Assembly (NCBI RefSeq): GCF_009914755.1
Contig: NC_060934.1
DNA: 64,000 nt
Source: the human T2T-CHM13v2.0 reference genome, Homo sapiens
Reading direction: 5' to 3' (one strand)
Shown here one piece after another: positions 1-15,523 of this stretch. The notes under the pieces were generated by a model. That model was not told where the DNA came from, made no database searches, and was given only the letters and a program-made list of their open reading frames with translations. Position 1 is the first letter of the stretch; the number at the start of each line of letters is the position of its first letter. The position numbers and the translations under genes are program-made.

Positions 1-320
1 ATTTCAGTTATAAAAATGTTAAGGAAGTTTGCCATGCTTAAAGGAAATGATACCAGATCTTTCTGAAGGAGAGAAGAACATGAGAAATAGTTAAAATAAT
101 AGATAAATTTTCACGTCTATATTTTCCTCTTAATTACTTGATAGTATGTATTCTTATTTAAGGCATAAAGTGTAAGAATGACTTGGGTCGTTTATAAATC
201 CATATATAGATATATATATAAAACAACTATAGGATCAAAGCTGAGAAGGGTTGTCAATGTACCTATATTATTGCAAAATTTCTATATTATATTAAAAGGA
301 TTACAATAATAACTCTAGTC
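1..320 (+). mobile_element. Old L1M fragment (ORF1 end / inter-ORF region), sense
   Basis: A-rich sequence 'aaaatgttaaggaag...ggaaatgataccagatct...gaagaacatgagaaatag' resembles the ancient L1M ORF1 3' end; highly diverged. Confidence 0.45.
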
Positions 321-582
321 TTTTGGATTTCCTCTGTGAACAATAATAGCACCTACAAATAAAGGCAAATTTTGTCTTTTTCTTTTTAATTTTAATACTT
401 ATTATTTATTTTTCATGTCCTATTGAATTGAATAGGGCATTCAATGTAATGTTAAATACAAATTGTGGTAACTGGAAACTAAAAAGTTCTTGACTTCCAT
501 AAAAATTTTCTAAATTTCAAACCGAAGTGCAACATTTATATAAGTTTGTGGTGAGGTATTTTAGTTTAAGAATTTTCCTATT

Positions 583-1229
583 ACTGAACAGTTTTACACT
601 GTTGGTGGGAGTGTAAACTAGTTCAACCATTGTGGAAGACAGTGTGGCAATTCCTCAAGGATCGAGAACTAGTAATACCATTTGACCCAGCCATCCCATT
701 ACTGGGTATATACCCAAAGGATTATAAATCATGCTGCTATAAAGACACATGCACACGTATGTTTATTGCGGCATTATTCACAATAGCAAAGACTTGGAAC
801 AAACCCAAATGCCCATCAATGATAGACTGAATTAAGAAAATGTGGCACATGTACACCAATGAATACTATGCAGCCATAAAAAAGGATGAGTTCATGTCCT
901 TTGTAGGGACATGGATGAAGCTGGAAACCATCACTCTGAGCAAACTATCACAAGGACAGAAAAGCAAACACTGCATGTTCTCACTCATAGGTAGGAATTG
1001 AACAATGAGAACACTTGGACACAGGATGGGGAGCATCACACACCAGGGCCTGTTGTGGGGTGTGGGGAGTGGGGAGGGATAGCATTAGGAGATATACCTA
1101 ATGTAAATGACGAGTTAATGGGTGCAGCACACCAACAAGGCACATGTATACATATGTAACAAACCTGCACGTTGTGCACATGTACCCTAGAACTTAAAGT
1201 ATAATAAAAAAATAAATTAATAAATAAAT
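583..1229 (+). mobile_element. 5'-truncated L1PA (L1PA4-like) 3' end with poly(A) and TSD
   Basis: ORF 630-830 matches the L1 ORF2p C-terminus ([41 protein letters not shown]). Canonical 3'UTR with G-rich tract. TSD AATTTTCCTATT at 571-582 and 1230-1241. Confidence 0.95.
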
Positions 1230-1274
1230 AATTTTCCTATTCCTACCTAGTTTTCAAATATATTTTAATAATGA

Positions 1275-1608
<334 letters not shown>

Positions 1609-2110
1609 TAGTGTTCTTTCTCCATTTATTGACAGTTTGATTTTTTTCCCTTCAATCTCTGACTATGCTGTATTATTTTAATAGATTTTTTCTGATGTTG
1701 AAATATTCTTAAAATCCTTATATACTTTACTTGGTCACAATTATATTGTTACATGGTGTATTACTTTTACAAACATCTAAATTTGATTTGCTTTTTAAAA
1801 ATTAATTTTTAAGGATTTTTACATGTATATACACACACAAGATTTATCTGTAACTTTCTTCTATGGCTTGATCTTGTCTTTTTTGGGTATCAAGGTTTTA
1901 ACTAATATCCCAAAATGAGTACCTTTTTCTTCTCTTCCAACTCAGCAACAGTTCAAGGGAAATTATCTATTCCACCAATGTTTGGTAAAACTCTCCTTTA
2001 AAATGCTCTGGGTCTGATGACTCTTGGAGATGAAGATTTGACTACTGATTTAATTTTAAAATGGATTATTGATTTATTCAGTTATCTATTTCTTCTATAG
2101 TCAATATTGG

Positions 2111-2271
2111 TGTTATGGTTTGGATCTGTATCCCCACCAAATCTCATGTTGAAATGGAATCTCCAGTGTTGGAGGTGGGGCCTGGTGGGAGGTGATTGGC
2201 TCATGGAGGAAGAGTTCTCATGAATGGTTTAGTTTCAGGTGTTTATAGCAATGTGAGAACAGCAGAATACA
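2111..2271 (+). mobile_element. MST (MaLR) solo LTR, internally deleted, with 5-bp TSD
   Basis: Starts TGTTATGGTTTGGATCTGTATCCCCACCAAATCTCATG and ends ...GAGAACAGCAGAATACA; ATTGG on both flanks (2106-2110, 2272-2276). Confidence 0.85.
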
Positions 2272-3046
2272 ATTGGTAATTTTTATTTTCTAAAGAGTTA
2301 TTTTATCAAGTTTTAAAATTTATTTTCATAAAATTATTTATTGAATTCTCTCAGTTAAAATTTTTATGCCTGTAATCATGGCTCCCTTTTATTCTTAATA
2401 TTATTAATACGTGTTTCTAATTTTTTCTTAACCAGTCTTGAAAGTGATTTGTCATTATCATTTTCAAATAATCAGCTTTACATTACCTTATGTTACTCTT
2501 TTGCTTTTATTATATTTCTTTCTTATCTTTATTATTTCCCTCCTTCTTCTTATATATGTCTTCGCACCAAGCATCTAAATTGAATGCTTAACCCATCTAT
2601 ATTTCATCTTACATGTTTTATACATTAATACATTTAACATTATAATTTTATACTTAAATACTTTTATGGCTTCATCTCATAAGTTTTTATATGTAGTTAA
2701 TTCATTACTATTGTTTAGTTCTAAACAGTACTAGTTTTCATTGTGAATTTCTGTTTTACTTGTGAGTTAATTTTGGGCACTTAATGTCTTTAATCACACA
2801 TTTTTTGGTGCTATCTTTGTATATTTTTACAAAATTTGATTACATTTTGATGAGAAAATGCGGTTTATATTATACTAAATCTTTGATCTTCATTGAGGTT
2901 TCCTTTGTGACCTAAAATATCACTGTTAAAAAATATTTGATGTAAAAAGAATGTGTATTGCTAGTTCTTTGAGTGCAGAATTATATACAGCCATTCTTTT
3001 CTATCCCCCTTCTATCGCTTCTTACTCATTTTTTCTTAATTCATGT

Positions 3047-3153
3047 TTTGCCTGGTATTAACATTGCTGTATTAGGTTTGTCTTTCACATATGTGTTTGC
3101 CTGGTATTAACATTGCTGTATTAGGTTTGTCTTTCACATATGTGTTTGCCTGG
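3047..3153. repeat. Perfect 49-bp tandem duplication (~2.2 copies)
   Basis: Unit TTTGCCTGGTATTAACATTGCTGTATTAGGTTTGTCTTTCACATATGTG starts at 3047 and 3096, followed by TTTGCCTGG at 3145. Confidence 0.95.
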
Positions 3154-3232
3154 CATATTTTTTCTCTTTTATTTTTAATCCTGTAGGATCTTTTGTTTTA
3201 GATGTTCTCGTACAAGTAGCATATAGCAGGAG

Positions 3233-3546
<314 letters not shown>

Positions 3547-3647
3547 TATTTTTATAATCATTAGATAATCTCTATCTTTGAATATATGGATAAATCCTTT
3601 TACATTTAATGTACTTACTGATACAATTTTTACCATCCTATTTTGAA

Positions 3648-3958
3648 TTTTCTTTTTCTTTTTTTTTTTTTTTTTTGAGACAGAGTCTTGTTATGTAGCC
3701 TGGGCTGGAGTGCACTGATGCAATCTTGACTCACTGCAACCTCTGCCTCCCTGGTTCAAGTGATTTTCCTACTTCAGCCTCCTGAGTATCTGGGATTCCA
3801 GGCATGTACCACCACACCCGGCTAATTTTTGTATTTTTAGTAGAGACAGGGTTTCACTATGTTGGCCAGGCTGGTCTCAGATTCCTGACATCAAGTGATC
3901 CACTCGCCTCGGCCTCCCAAAGTGTTGAGATTACAGGCATGTGCCACTGCACCCGGCT
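3648..3958 (-). mobile_element. AluS
   Basis: poly-T plus antisense Alu dimer; degenerate TSD tgaattttcttt / tgaatgttcttt. Confidence 0.93.
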
Positions 3959-5837
3959 TGAATGTTCTTTATACCATCTTTATCTGCCTTTTTGTTTTCA
4001 CTTTTCTGCTCTCTATTGGGTGGACAAAGTTTTCTAGAGTCCCCCCTTTTAATCTGTACTGATTTGGAAGCTACACATCGAGTTTCCGTTTTTCAGTTAT
4101 TTTTAACTTTTTAACCAACACCCTTAGCTGTACATTTTTCTAACATATTATTTCTTTCCTGCCCCTGAATGTGACATGGGCGTATATCAACCATCCATGG
4201 AATATTGTATCCATCTTAACATTGGTTTTAGTTTCTTTTTTAAAAAACATTCTTTTTCACTTAATAGTTAAATACGTTTACTAAAACATTTTACCTTTTC
4301 CCTGATCACTTTTACTTTTAAAATTCTATATACATATATCTCTGAGTTTACTTTTTTTTCCCCCTGAAATAATCCTTTAATTATTTCCCTAGCGAGGGTC
4401 TGTGGGTATTTAACTCTTGTTTTTTCTAAACACAGATTTCCCTTCCATGAGTCTTGAATTGATAGTTTATCTGTGGATAAAACTTGAGGTTGAGAGTTAC
4501 TAATTTTTCTTATCAAGTTGAAAATATAATTTCATTGTCTTCCATCATTTATTGTTGCTGATGAGAAGTTCCAATGTTGTTCTAACTGTAGTTCCTTTGC
4601 AGATAATCTGTCTTTTCTCTCTGGTAGCTGTAAACATTTTCTTTTTATTCCTCATGTTCTGCAGTTTTACTGTGACAGTTCTGGGAATGGCTTTATCATT
4701 ATTTATCCTGATGGGTAGTTGGGGTGTACTGTCCATCTGAGGATTCATGTCTTTCTTCAAATCTGGAAAATTTTAAATTCTGAATAATGCTTCTTCACCA
4801 TTTTGTCTGTTTCCCTATTAGAGAATTCCTGTTGGACCCTTAGATCATGTCAGTCATTCTCTGTGGATGTTAATTTGTATAATCTTTCCGTACTGTGTTC
4901 CGGGCAGATTCCTAGCAGTTTTTCGCTTCTCTCTGTGTCAGATCTGGGCATATATCATTCATTAAGTTTTGTTTTTTTAACTCAATGCCTTCATTTTTTT
5001 TCATTTACATCTGCTTTTATTTTAATTTCTCACACTTTTAAAATGGAAGTTATTCATTTATCTCATTGGGCAACTGAACATACCTATTTTAAAGTTTTGC
5101 CAGCTGGATCCACACACTTAATTTCCTCTAGGGCATATTCGTGTTTTGAAGGTTGATTTTGTTGGCTGTCTTTCTCAGTATTAGATTTCTTCCTCTGTTT
5201 TGGAATTTTGCTTTGCAGGCTTATTTTGAGTGGGAGGCTTTTGTTTTTGTTTTTCTTCTTTCTGTTTCCTTCTGTGTTCACCCCTCCTGGGCCGGGGGTT
5301 TTGTGGTCACCTTTGTGCAGCTGTTCAGGACTCCCTGCCCTAAACCTGGCAGTGCTGCAGTGCTCCTGTCCCACAGTGGCTTTGGGGATATACTGTGGCT
5401 TCCTTCCTGTCTTGATCGGACACTGTGTTTCTGTCTTCTTTTTCCTTCCTAGGTTTGTAGCTTATTCAAAACTCTAGCTCCCAGGGGAGGGTTAGCCACA
5501 GCTTTTAATTTCTTTTATGGATGGGTATTGGGAGCGGGGGTGGGAATTGGTGAGTGATGCTAGTCCCATACTGTTGAGTAGAGTAAATGTATCCTCTTTA
5601 CCCCACTGGAACCAAACTGCAGACTGCCACAGCCTCCTTCCAGAACAGCCGTCTAGCAGGCCCCCAGCTCCAGCAGAGCCCACTGACTTGCATTTCTCTC
5701 CTGTTTCTGTTTCATGGGGAGATTTATCTTGTTATTTGAGTCTCACTATGCCTTCAGTGCTCTGTGTTTCTACTTAATCTATTTTTTTGTCTGTATTTGG
5801 ACTGGGGGAGGCATGTCCCATAAATAGGTCTTAATTA

Positions 5838-6177
<340 letters not shown>

Positions 6178-6580
6178 GGTGGCAGGACAGTTTCCCCTCT
6201 AATTTACTACAAAATTCCAAACCTTTACCAGCTGAGAGACAATTACTACTACCTCAGGGTAGGAATTTGCATTTGCAAAGCCCCACACATGCGGTTTCCT
6301 GGGATCCCCAGAGGGACCCAGGAGGAAACAAGGGCACATGCTGTCATCTCACTTTCAAAAAATGAGAAAACTTGGTTGAGTGAGATATTCAGAGTCACAG
6401 GGCCAGTGAGTGTGCGGGAGAGCAATAAGCTCCGCCCTCTGGAGGGTCTCTACCCACAAGTGTTGCAGGTCAGTGTCTTGTTTTGGACCAGATTAAATGG
6501 GTTAAATTTGGGAGCACTTGGTAAAATGAGGAGAGACCCAACTTTTTTCCCTTGAAATCTGGTGACTGGTTCAGTAACAG

Positions 6581-6636
6581 GGAAGGGAAGAAGGAAGGAA
6601 GGAAGGAAGGAAGGAAGGAAGGAAGGAAGGAAGGAA
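6581..6636. repeat. (GGAA)n microsatellite; 11 uninterrupted units at 6593-6636
   Basis: Read directly from the sequence. Confidence 0.97.
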
Positions 6637-7935
6637 AATGATATGCGAATAATCAGCCCACTGTCTCTGTCTGGTTCTCTGTGGTCAGTTTGTAGTAGGG
6701 TCTAGTTTGGTGTGGGTCACACCTTGGCAGGTCGGGAGACCTGTGCCCTGGGGGTGATCACAGATCAGTACATCTGGGAGTGAGGACTGCTCTCTGTACT
6801 ATTTGTGTTTGTTGGGGCCAGCACGAAGAGGTTCATGAGATCCCATGGTGCTTTCTGCTTTGTCCCCACCGTTTTCATCCAGGTAAAATCAGATCCATGT
6901 GGGGAATGGAGGGGAAGGAGAATCGTAAAAGGCCAAGTGAAGTCTGAGGGCCAGAGGACGCAGGGGAAGGGAGTCTATAGACCCACACGTCTGCTTGTTT
7001 ATTATAAAGTCATCCACGACATGCCTCTGACATGCCAGGCCTCGTACACAATCCCAGGATGCAGTGTGAGGCACGGCAAAGCCCTCCACTCCCCAGGACA
7101 GTCCTTAAGTCTTGAAGACAGACATGCAGGTAGACACATCTAAGGTGGGAAATTAAGAGTAGCATTTCCCTTGGATGGTGAGGAGCTTTGTGGGCTGGTT
7201 CAGAGCACAGTTTCCACGACCAGCTGGCTGGGAAGGCTGGTCTCTCCCCAGCTGTCTCCCTCAGCGGGGGATTCAAGGAAGGAGGCCAACTGTGGCTCTA
7301 AGCCAAAAATGGAGTGCCCGTTTTCTCAGAATCAGGCGTCAGCACTGGCAAAACTTCCCCAATGGTGACCAAAATTGCTCCCCTGGACGCATGTATTTTC
7401 TGCTTTTCTCTGTTTCAGGTAAGAAAGACTCAGAAAAGGGAGAGAAGACGGAGCCTGTCATGACACAGAGCCTCAGCAGAGGCTTGTCTCCAGCGTCAGG
7501 CACTGATGACATTCGCTGAGCCACAGCCCATGCCTGGAAGGTTTCCGATGTTCATATAGACCACAGACCTTCTCCAGAAGTCACCACCAACAGGGGCTAC
7601 AAGATCACTGGCAAAGAAATATATCAGAGTGCCATTCTAACAAAATAGATTCTTAAAAAAACACGCTGTGACAGAGGCAGAGTAATTGTAAGAAGGGCAT
7701 TGCAGGAATAATTTTATTGCCTCTGTACTGCTCCCCCCCCAAGAAAACCCCACATGTCTGTGAATATCTTTGCAACTTCCTATATAATTCTAGTAATTCT
7801 AATATAAGTATTTAATAGACAGTGCAGGTCATTGGAAATCTTCAAATTCCAGTTAATTTGGATACTGTACTAAACATGATTACTGTCCATGTGGCTTAGG
7901 CTTCAAGGGAGAAAACTAAATAATGGGATGTCATT

Positions 7936-8298
7936 TGATATGGTCTGGTTGTGTCCCCACCCAAATCTCATCTTGAATTGTAGCTCCCATAATTCCCACA
8001 TGTCATGGGAGGACTCAGTGGGAGGTAATTGAATCATGGGGGTGGGTCTTTCCCAGGCTGTTCTTGTGATAGTGAATAAATCTCACGAGATCTGATGGTT
8101 TTATAAACGGGAGTTCCCCTGCACAAGCTCTCTTGCCTGCCACCATGTAAAACGTGACTTTGCTCCTCTTTTGCCTTGTGCCATGAGTATGAGGCCTCCC
8201 CAGCCATGTGGAGCTGTGAGTCCATTAAATCTCTTTCCTTTGTAAATTACCCAGTCTTGGGTATGTTTTTATTAGCAGCATGAGAACAGACTAATACA
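7936..8298 (+). mobile_element. THE1 (THE1B-like) solo LTR
   Basis: ~363 bp from TGATATGGTCTGGTTGTGTCCCCACCCAAATCTCATCTTGAATTG to GAGAACAGACTAATACA. Confidence 0.93.
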
Positions 8299-10354
8299 TT
8301 GTGTATATAAAGAATATCAAACGTGTGATAAGAATGCATTTGATTAGTTGAAGAGAGAGCTCCTGGTGTTGGTTCAGTGAACAGTGCTGCTGACCTGCAG
8401 CCTCGGGGGGCTCAGGGAGAGAACAGGCCTTTCTGCCTCTGTGTGTCCCACAGACCTCAGCACCTACCCCATGCCCAGCCTGGACCCTGCAACTCAGTCA
8501 GGACCCTGCTTATCAATCCTGGGCACTTGCTAGGTTTTCTCTTCAGCTGCATGCAGTGCACAGTTAATTACTAAGATGAGAAAATGCCCCTTTCCACGGA
8601 AATTATGGAAATGCTATCAGACGTTAAGGATTAATGAGTATGAACAGGTGTGAGATTAGATGCAGCTGAAAAGAACTCGGCATGGTGGCTGGCTGCTTGT
8701 TACAGTCATTGTTAAAGCTGCCAAAACAAAACAAGAAATTCTATTGCTCAGGTGATTTTTCTTAAAAACATTTTTTTTCTTCATTTTCACTAAGCACTCT
8801 CGTTTTCTTGCCCATGTAGCTAATAATCCCATTGATGAGGGACTTTGCCTCAGAGGATCAGTTTCGTCACTGGTAGCTTCACAGAGAGTTGAATGACACA
8901 CACAGGTCTCAGCCTTGTCAATCTAGAGTCCATGCTAATTGGCATCCCTAAGAACAGGCCCCACCAGCTTGAAGTAATTTACAACCTCATGTTTCCAATC
9001 AGTCATGTATAAGGGAAAGCTTGCAGGAGTGGTGGACACTTTTCAGGAAAGTCTTGTCCCTTTTTATAAAACACACTAGACATGAATCTCAGAACGTTAT
9101 TGTGCTTTTTTTTTTTTTTTTGGCTGTTGTTGTTAACATTCAAATCCCTCCCCAGTCAGCCATGGGGTGATGTTGTTCGATTTCAGTCACATGTAGGACT
9201 CTAAAGCTACAGGGTTGAAGATGCCATGAGATCGCCACCCTCCCACCAGGGGCCCATCCACAGACAATGCATGATGGAATGTGGAGCGTGGGGAGAGCCT
9301 GCCTTTGTACTTGGTATGTTTGATTAATTAATGTGAGAATGAAATCCATGTCATGTACAAGGTGCTAGAACTGGCAGGATGCACCTTTTATAGAGAGCTT
9401 GTTTTTCCCAGAAAGAGCTTGTATTCAGAGTGGGAGATAAGACTCTGTTAGGTAATGGATCCGAAATGGATTTCATCATCTTACTGTCATAGTAAGGATA
9501 TGGGGTCCTAGCGAGATTCGGTGCTCATTGCTGGCATCCCTGAAGGCCCATCCAGGGGCTGGCTGTGACCATGAGCAGATTAAGGGCCTCCCTTGGTAGT
9601 TGCTCCAGTGGGAGTTGTTGGCTTCTGGGTCTTGTGTTCCAGTGACCCAAATTCACAACAAAAAGGGGATTGATGAACTTGATGTCGAATATTCATTTAT
9701 GCTGAGAGACTTAACTGTGAAGATTAGGATTCTATTTATAACAGCCCTATATAGAGACGCTTGCCTTGTAGGCGGTCCTTCCCGGGGAAAGAATGTGCAA
9801 CTCTGTGTGGCATTTCTCAAAAGGGAGCGCCTCTCTTCAGGGTGCTGAGGCCTCTCCTGGGAGGCTGTGAACTGAAACTTGCATTCAGCTGAATCATGGC
9901 AGGAGGGGAGACGTGAGGGGAGTTTGGAGTGGGGGAGGGCAAATGTTAGGTTCTGGAAAATGTCATTGACCATGAAGGCAGTTTTCCACAGCTGCAATTG
10001 AGCAAGCTGTTAATTCATTCATCTCAGCAAAGCCAGAAGGAGACGTTCTGGAGGCAGACTCCAAAACCCCCTAACTGGCCACACTTCTCCCAGCCTACTG
10101 GATGAGGCTGGGAACTTTTCCCAAACCAGACTGAAGTTTTAAAATGCAAATCCTGGTTGAGGGGACACACTGAAATTTATGCCCACTAAATAAAATCACA
10201 CTACTGGTCAAGTATAAATACAAATAGCAGACTTGCTTTGTAAACTTTAAGATAGAGAAGGGTGGAGGGAGGGAGTTTGGGGTAGATCTGGGAGTCTGAA
10301 CTCAGGGAGAGAAGAAGCAGAAGAGAAAGCTCACGTTTGCTGTGATGATGGCCC

Positions 10355-10495
10355 TACAAAGGCTTATTGGTTTACTATGTGCCAGGCACAGGGTGACTAC
10401 TTAATTCCACTCAGTCATTTCAACAATGCTATGAAGTACGGATTATTCACTCCCATTTTATTGATGAAGAAGCTGAGGCTTCAGAGGCTACACAG
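10355..10495 (-). mobile_element. MIR fragment
   Basis: tactatgtgccaggcac...cccattttattgatgaagaagctgaggcttcagag (MIR core). Confidence 0.7.
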
Positions 10496-11019
10496 TGAAA
10501 TTTCTCCCATCCCCAGGAGGCTCTCTGCAGCATTTTGTCATGCCAGCTGCAGGCCTTTGCAGCACAGCTTCGACAGTTTCTACTGTTTTTTTTCTAATTA
10601 TTCATGTGCTTTGACACAGAGAAAGTTTCATCCCACAAGCATTATAATTGGGATTTTCATTGGAACTTACACAGCTATGGCAGCCAGTGCTAAGTGGCCC
10701 ACAGAGAGGTGCTGAGAATTAAACAACACAGAGTGCAGTTCAGGCCAAGGAGCTTGGGAGAATTCCTGGAAGGGGAAAGATGTGAGCGGGACCTTGGCGG
10801 GAGGAGGGAGGACTAGGATGTCTGCATACAGGAATGGGGAGGAGCCGTGGATGACAGAGACTTTAGGAATGAAAACACTAAAGAAATTGGTGGCTACTTT
10901 GATAAGATCAGGGATGAAGAAAAGGAAGTGAAAAAAGTTCTGGTAATGGTTGACTAGAGGATGGTGATACCATCTCCTTTTCCTCATTGGAGTCAGATGT
11001 AGGCTCTAAATCCATCCTT

Positions 11020-11215
11020 TAATCATTAACACCTACCTCCCGCTCTCCTTTTGTCCATGACTCGCTTTACTTTTCTCCTCAGCACCATCATACAATATAT
11101 TTATTTATTTTATTGCCTTTCCCTCAACTACATTGTAAGGTTCCAGTGCAGGGATATTTGTCATTTTGGTTCTTTGCTGTATCCTCAGAACCTGGAGCAA
11201 TACAGGACTAAGTGT
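11020..11215 (+). mobile_element. L2 3' fragment
   Basis: attgtaaggttccagtgcagggatatttgtcattttggttctttgctgtatcctcagaacctggagcaa resembles the L2 3' end. Confidence 0.6.
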
Positions 11216-11221
11216 TCTCTC

Positions 11222-11254
11222 TGTGTGTGTGTATGTATATGCATATATATGTAC

Positions 11255-11292
<38 letters not shown>
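11222..11292. repeat. Compound (TG)n/(TA)n microsatellite
   Basis: Read directly; pure TG run at ~11259-11292. Confidence 0.95.
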
Positions 11293-11296
<4 letters not shown>

Positions 11297-11339
11297 GCCA
11301 AAGCAGTTAGTCCTGTTTTACGTTTCATATACTTTTTAG

Positions 11340-11643
<304 letters not shown>

Positions 11644-11719
11644 TAATTCTTAAATAAGAAAATTTCACACAAATGGTAACTAATTTATTCTGCTAATTAT
11701 CAATATAGCAGAAATTGTT

Positions 11720-11996
11720 CAAGTACCCACAAAACCACTTTGTTTCTTACTTTCAATACAATATTCAAAAAATTACATGAGAAATTCAACACTTCAGTAT
11801 AAAATAGGCTCTGTGCAAGATGATTTTGCCCAACTGCAGGCTACTGTAAGTGTTCTGAGCACGTTTAAGGTAGGCTAGCTAGGCTAAGCCCTGCTGTTCG
11901 GTAGCTTAGGTGTATTAGAGGCGTTTCAACTTACTGTATTTTCAACTTAAAATGAGTTTATCAGGGGTTACCCCATTGTAACCCAAGGAGCACCTG
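11720..11996 (-). mobile_element. Tigger-family DNA transposon (MER47/Tigger5-like) partial, followed by TA
   Basis: gtgttctgagcacgtttaaggtaggctag...ttcaacttaaaatgagtttatcaggggttaccccattgtaacccaaggagcacctg|TA resembles the MER47 terminus. Confidence 0.75.
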
Positions 11997-12693
11997 TATT
12001 TCCAAATCAACATTTGGGGAATGAAAATATTTAGGACCACGGGAATAGAAAGGCCTGAGGAGTCTCTGTAGGTCTTGCTTGTCTGGGGTTGCATGGGAAG
12101 AGGGGAGCCAGGTGATTGCATGCAGGGTCTGACACAGATGCCTGGGGGCAAGGACCCTGTGGAGTCAGCAGTGGAAACCTGTGGGCTGGCACTGAAACGA
12201 GCAGCTGCTGCCATGTCACTGAGTAGATGTGGGGTGCCAGTGAAATCAGTCATATCACTGAGCCCTGATAGAATGGTGGAAAATATATACTCCCAGCAAC
12301 ATGATTCTGCCAGTGCCCAGAAGAATAGAAATGGACATCTTCGATAAGGAGAAAGTAAGGAGGCAGCGTGGTTCCTCAAATCTTCCTGCATTGAATTAAA
12401 GCTACAGAGAAAAGCTGTTAGTGCAAATAAGCTCTGCATTTAGGCACAGGCTTAGGTGATTTGTTTTTGATCTCACATGTTTTCTGATAAATATATCTGG
12501 AATTACAAATTTCCTTCTGAGTATTGCATTTGTTTTATCACATACGTATTGTTGGGAAGTATTTTCCCCTTTACTTTTATTTGGCATATAATAATTGTAC
12601 ATATTTATGGGATACAGAATAATATTTTGATGTGTATACATTGTGTAATGATTAAAACAGGATAATTAGCATATCTATCCCCTCAAACATTTA

Positions 12694-13735
<1,042 letters not shown>

Positions 13736-15212
13736 AATACCATAAATTACATTTGACCATATTCACCCCAAAGTGCTGACATGAAGTACTTTTTATTGAT
13801 GTTCAGTTTTAGTATTTCAAAATTATAATTTCTTCTTCATATAAGATGTACTTAGTGGCATGTGTTTTGATTTCCAGACATATGAACTTCTAATTTTTTA
13901 TTAGCTAACATTTTTGTTGATTTCTACTTTTGTTAATAATTGTTAATAATTTCTACTCCTACGTCAATGTGATAAATAAACACAGTTTATGCAATGCTAT
14001 ATCTTTTTCTAAAATTTATTGAAGATTACTATGTGAGTAGTACCTGGTCAATTTTTACAAATATTATGTGTGCTTGAAAAAATTATATTTTTAAGATTCT
14101 ACATTTATCTAATATTTCAAACTTATTAGTCATGCTATTTAGATCTTCTATGTATGCAAACTTTTTGCAGCTTGATCTATCCCTTTCTGAGATGAACATG
14201 TTAAATCTCATTGAACATAAATAAAGGCTATATTATCAGATACATATATGTTTGTGATTATTAAAACATTTTGATCTGTTTTTTTCCTCTAAAGGAGTAT
14301 ATATCATTCTATATCTAGAGATATGTATATATGTTTTTTCATGATGATTTTTGCCTTGAATTTTGTTCAATATTAAAATTTGTCCCACAATAGTGCACAT
14401 ATCCACATGACCTTTTCATCTTTACATTTACCCTACTGCCACAGCCTAATGTCACTTAGCACCTACGATACTGGGAATGTACACAATAATTTCAACCAGC
14501 ATTCTCCCAGAAGCCCACACTTGGGCCGTTGTGTCAGCAAAAATAGCCCAACTGTGTGTATGATTGCTTCTTCATGGTGCAAACTTCTCATGGTGGTGCA
14601 GTTGTCTGGCAACACCTAGACCATATCTAGAACCAGAGCTGCCAAGAGGTCTGAGAAATGCAGTTTGTGTGTGTGGCATTAATGTTCTAGAAGGCATTTG
14701 GAAAAGACGTTGGGCAAGTCAATCCATAGTATCTGCCATATTTGATTATCTTAACCCTGTGTAATCTCTGCCTACTCCTAGAGATCTTGTGCTCTGTAAC
14801 ATTTTTAAATCCCTTTTTCTTCTATTATCATATTTATTTGATTTCTAGTGAAGCTTATTTTGTGTACTCTTTCAACTGGACTGTTGAAAAAATATTTGAG
14901 GACTTTTTGACCTGGGAGTACCTGGGAAAGTATCTTAAAATATCATATAAACAATAAATATTTGCTTATTAAACAATGCAATTTCAAGAGACTGGATTTA
15001 TAAAGCTATGTTGTATTTTAAGAAATTTTTTTAGGTAAAACCAAGACTTTATAAATCTGAACACACTTCAAGAGTCTGATTGCTTTATACGGGAATTCTT
15101 CACTTTAACAAAACATTTTAAAAGGTTTAGCATAGGTTACACAGAAACAATTGCACTTGTAGAGGACTTCAAATGTGAAATGTGGCCATTACTTATAGAA
15201 AATCACATTCCA

Positions 15213-15523
<311 letters not shown>

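Noticed and set aside
630-830. ORF resembling a real protein (also 4545-4760, 13001-13315, 28379-29080, 44910-45137)
   Set aside because: These are fragments of L1 ORF1p/ORF2p in truncated, decayed LINE copies, not host genes
7931-8303. TSD for the THE1 LTR
   Set aside because: Flanks TCATT and TTGTG do not match well enough to call
11942-12439. Longest ORF in the track (165 aa, minus)
   Set aside because: It spans an L1 edge and a Tigger terminus, has no recognisable domain and a non-ATG start; consistent with chance
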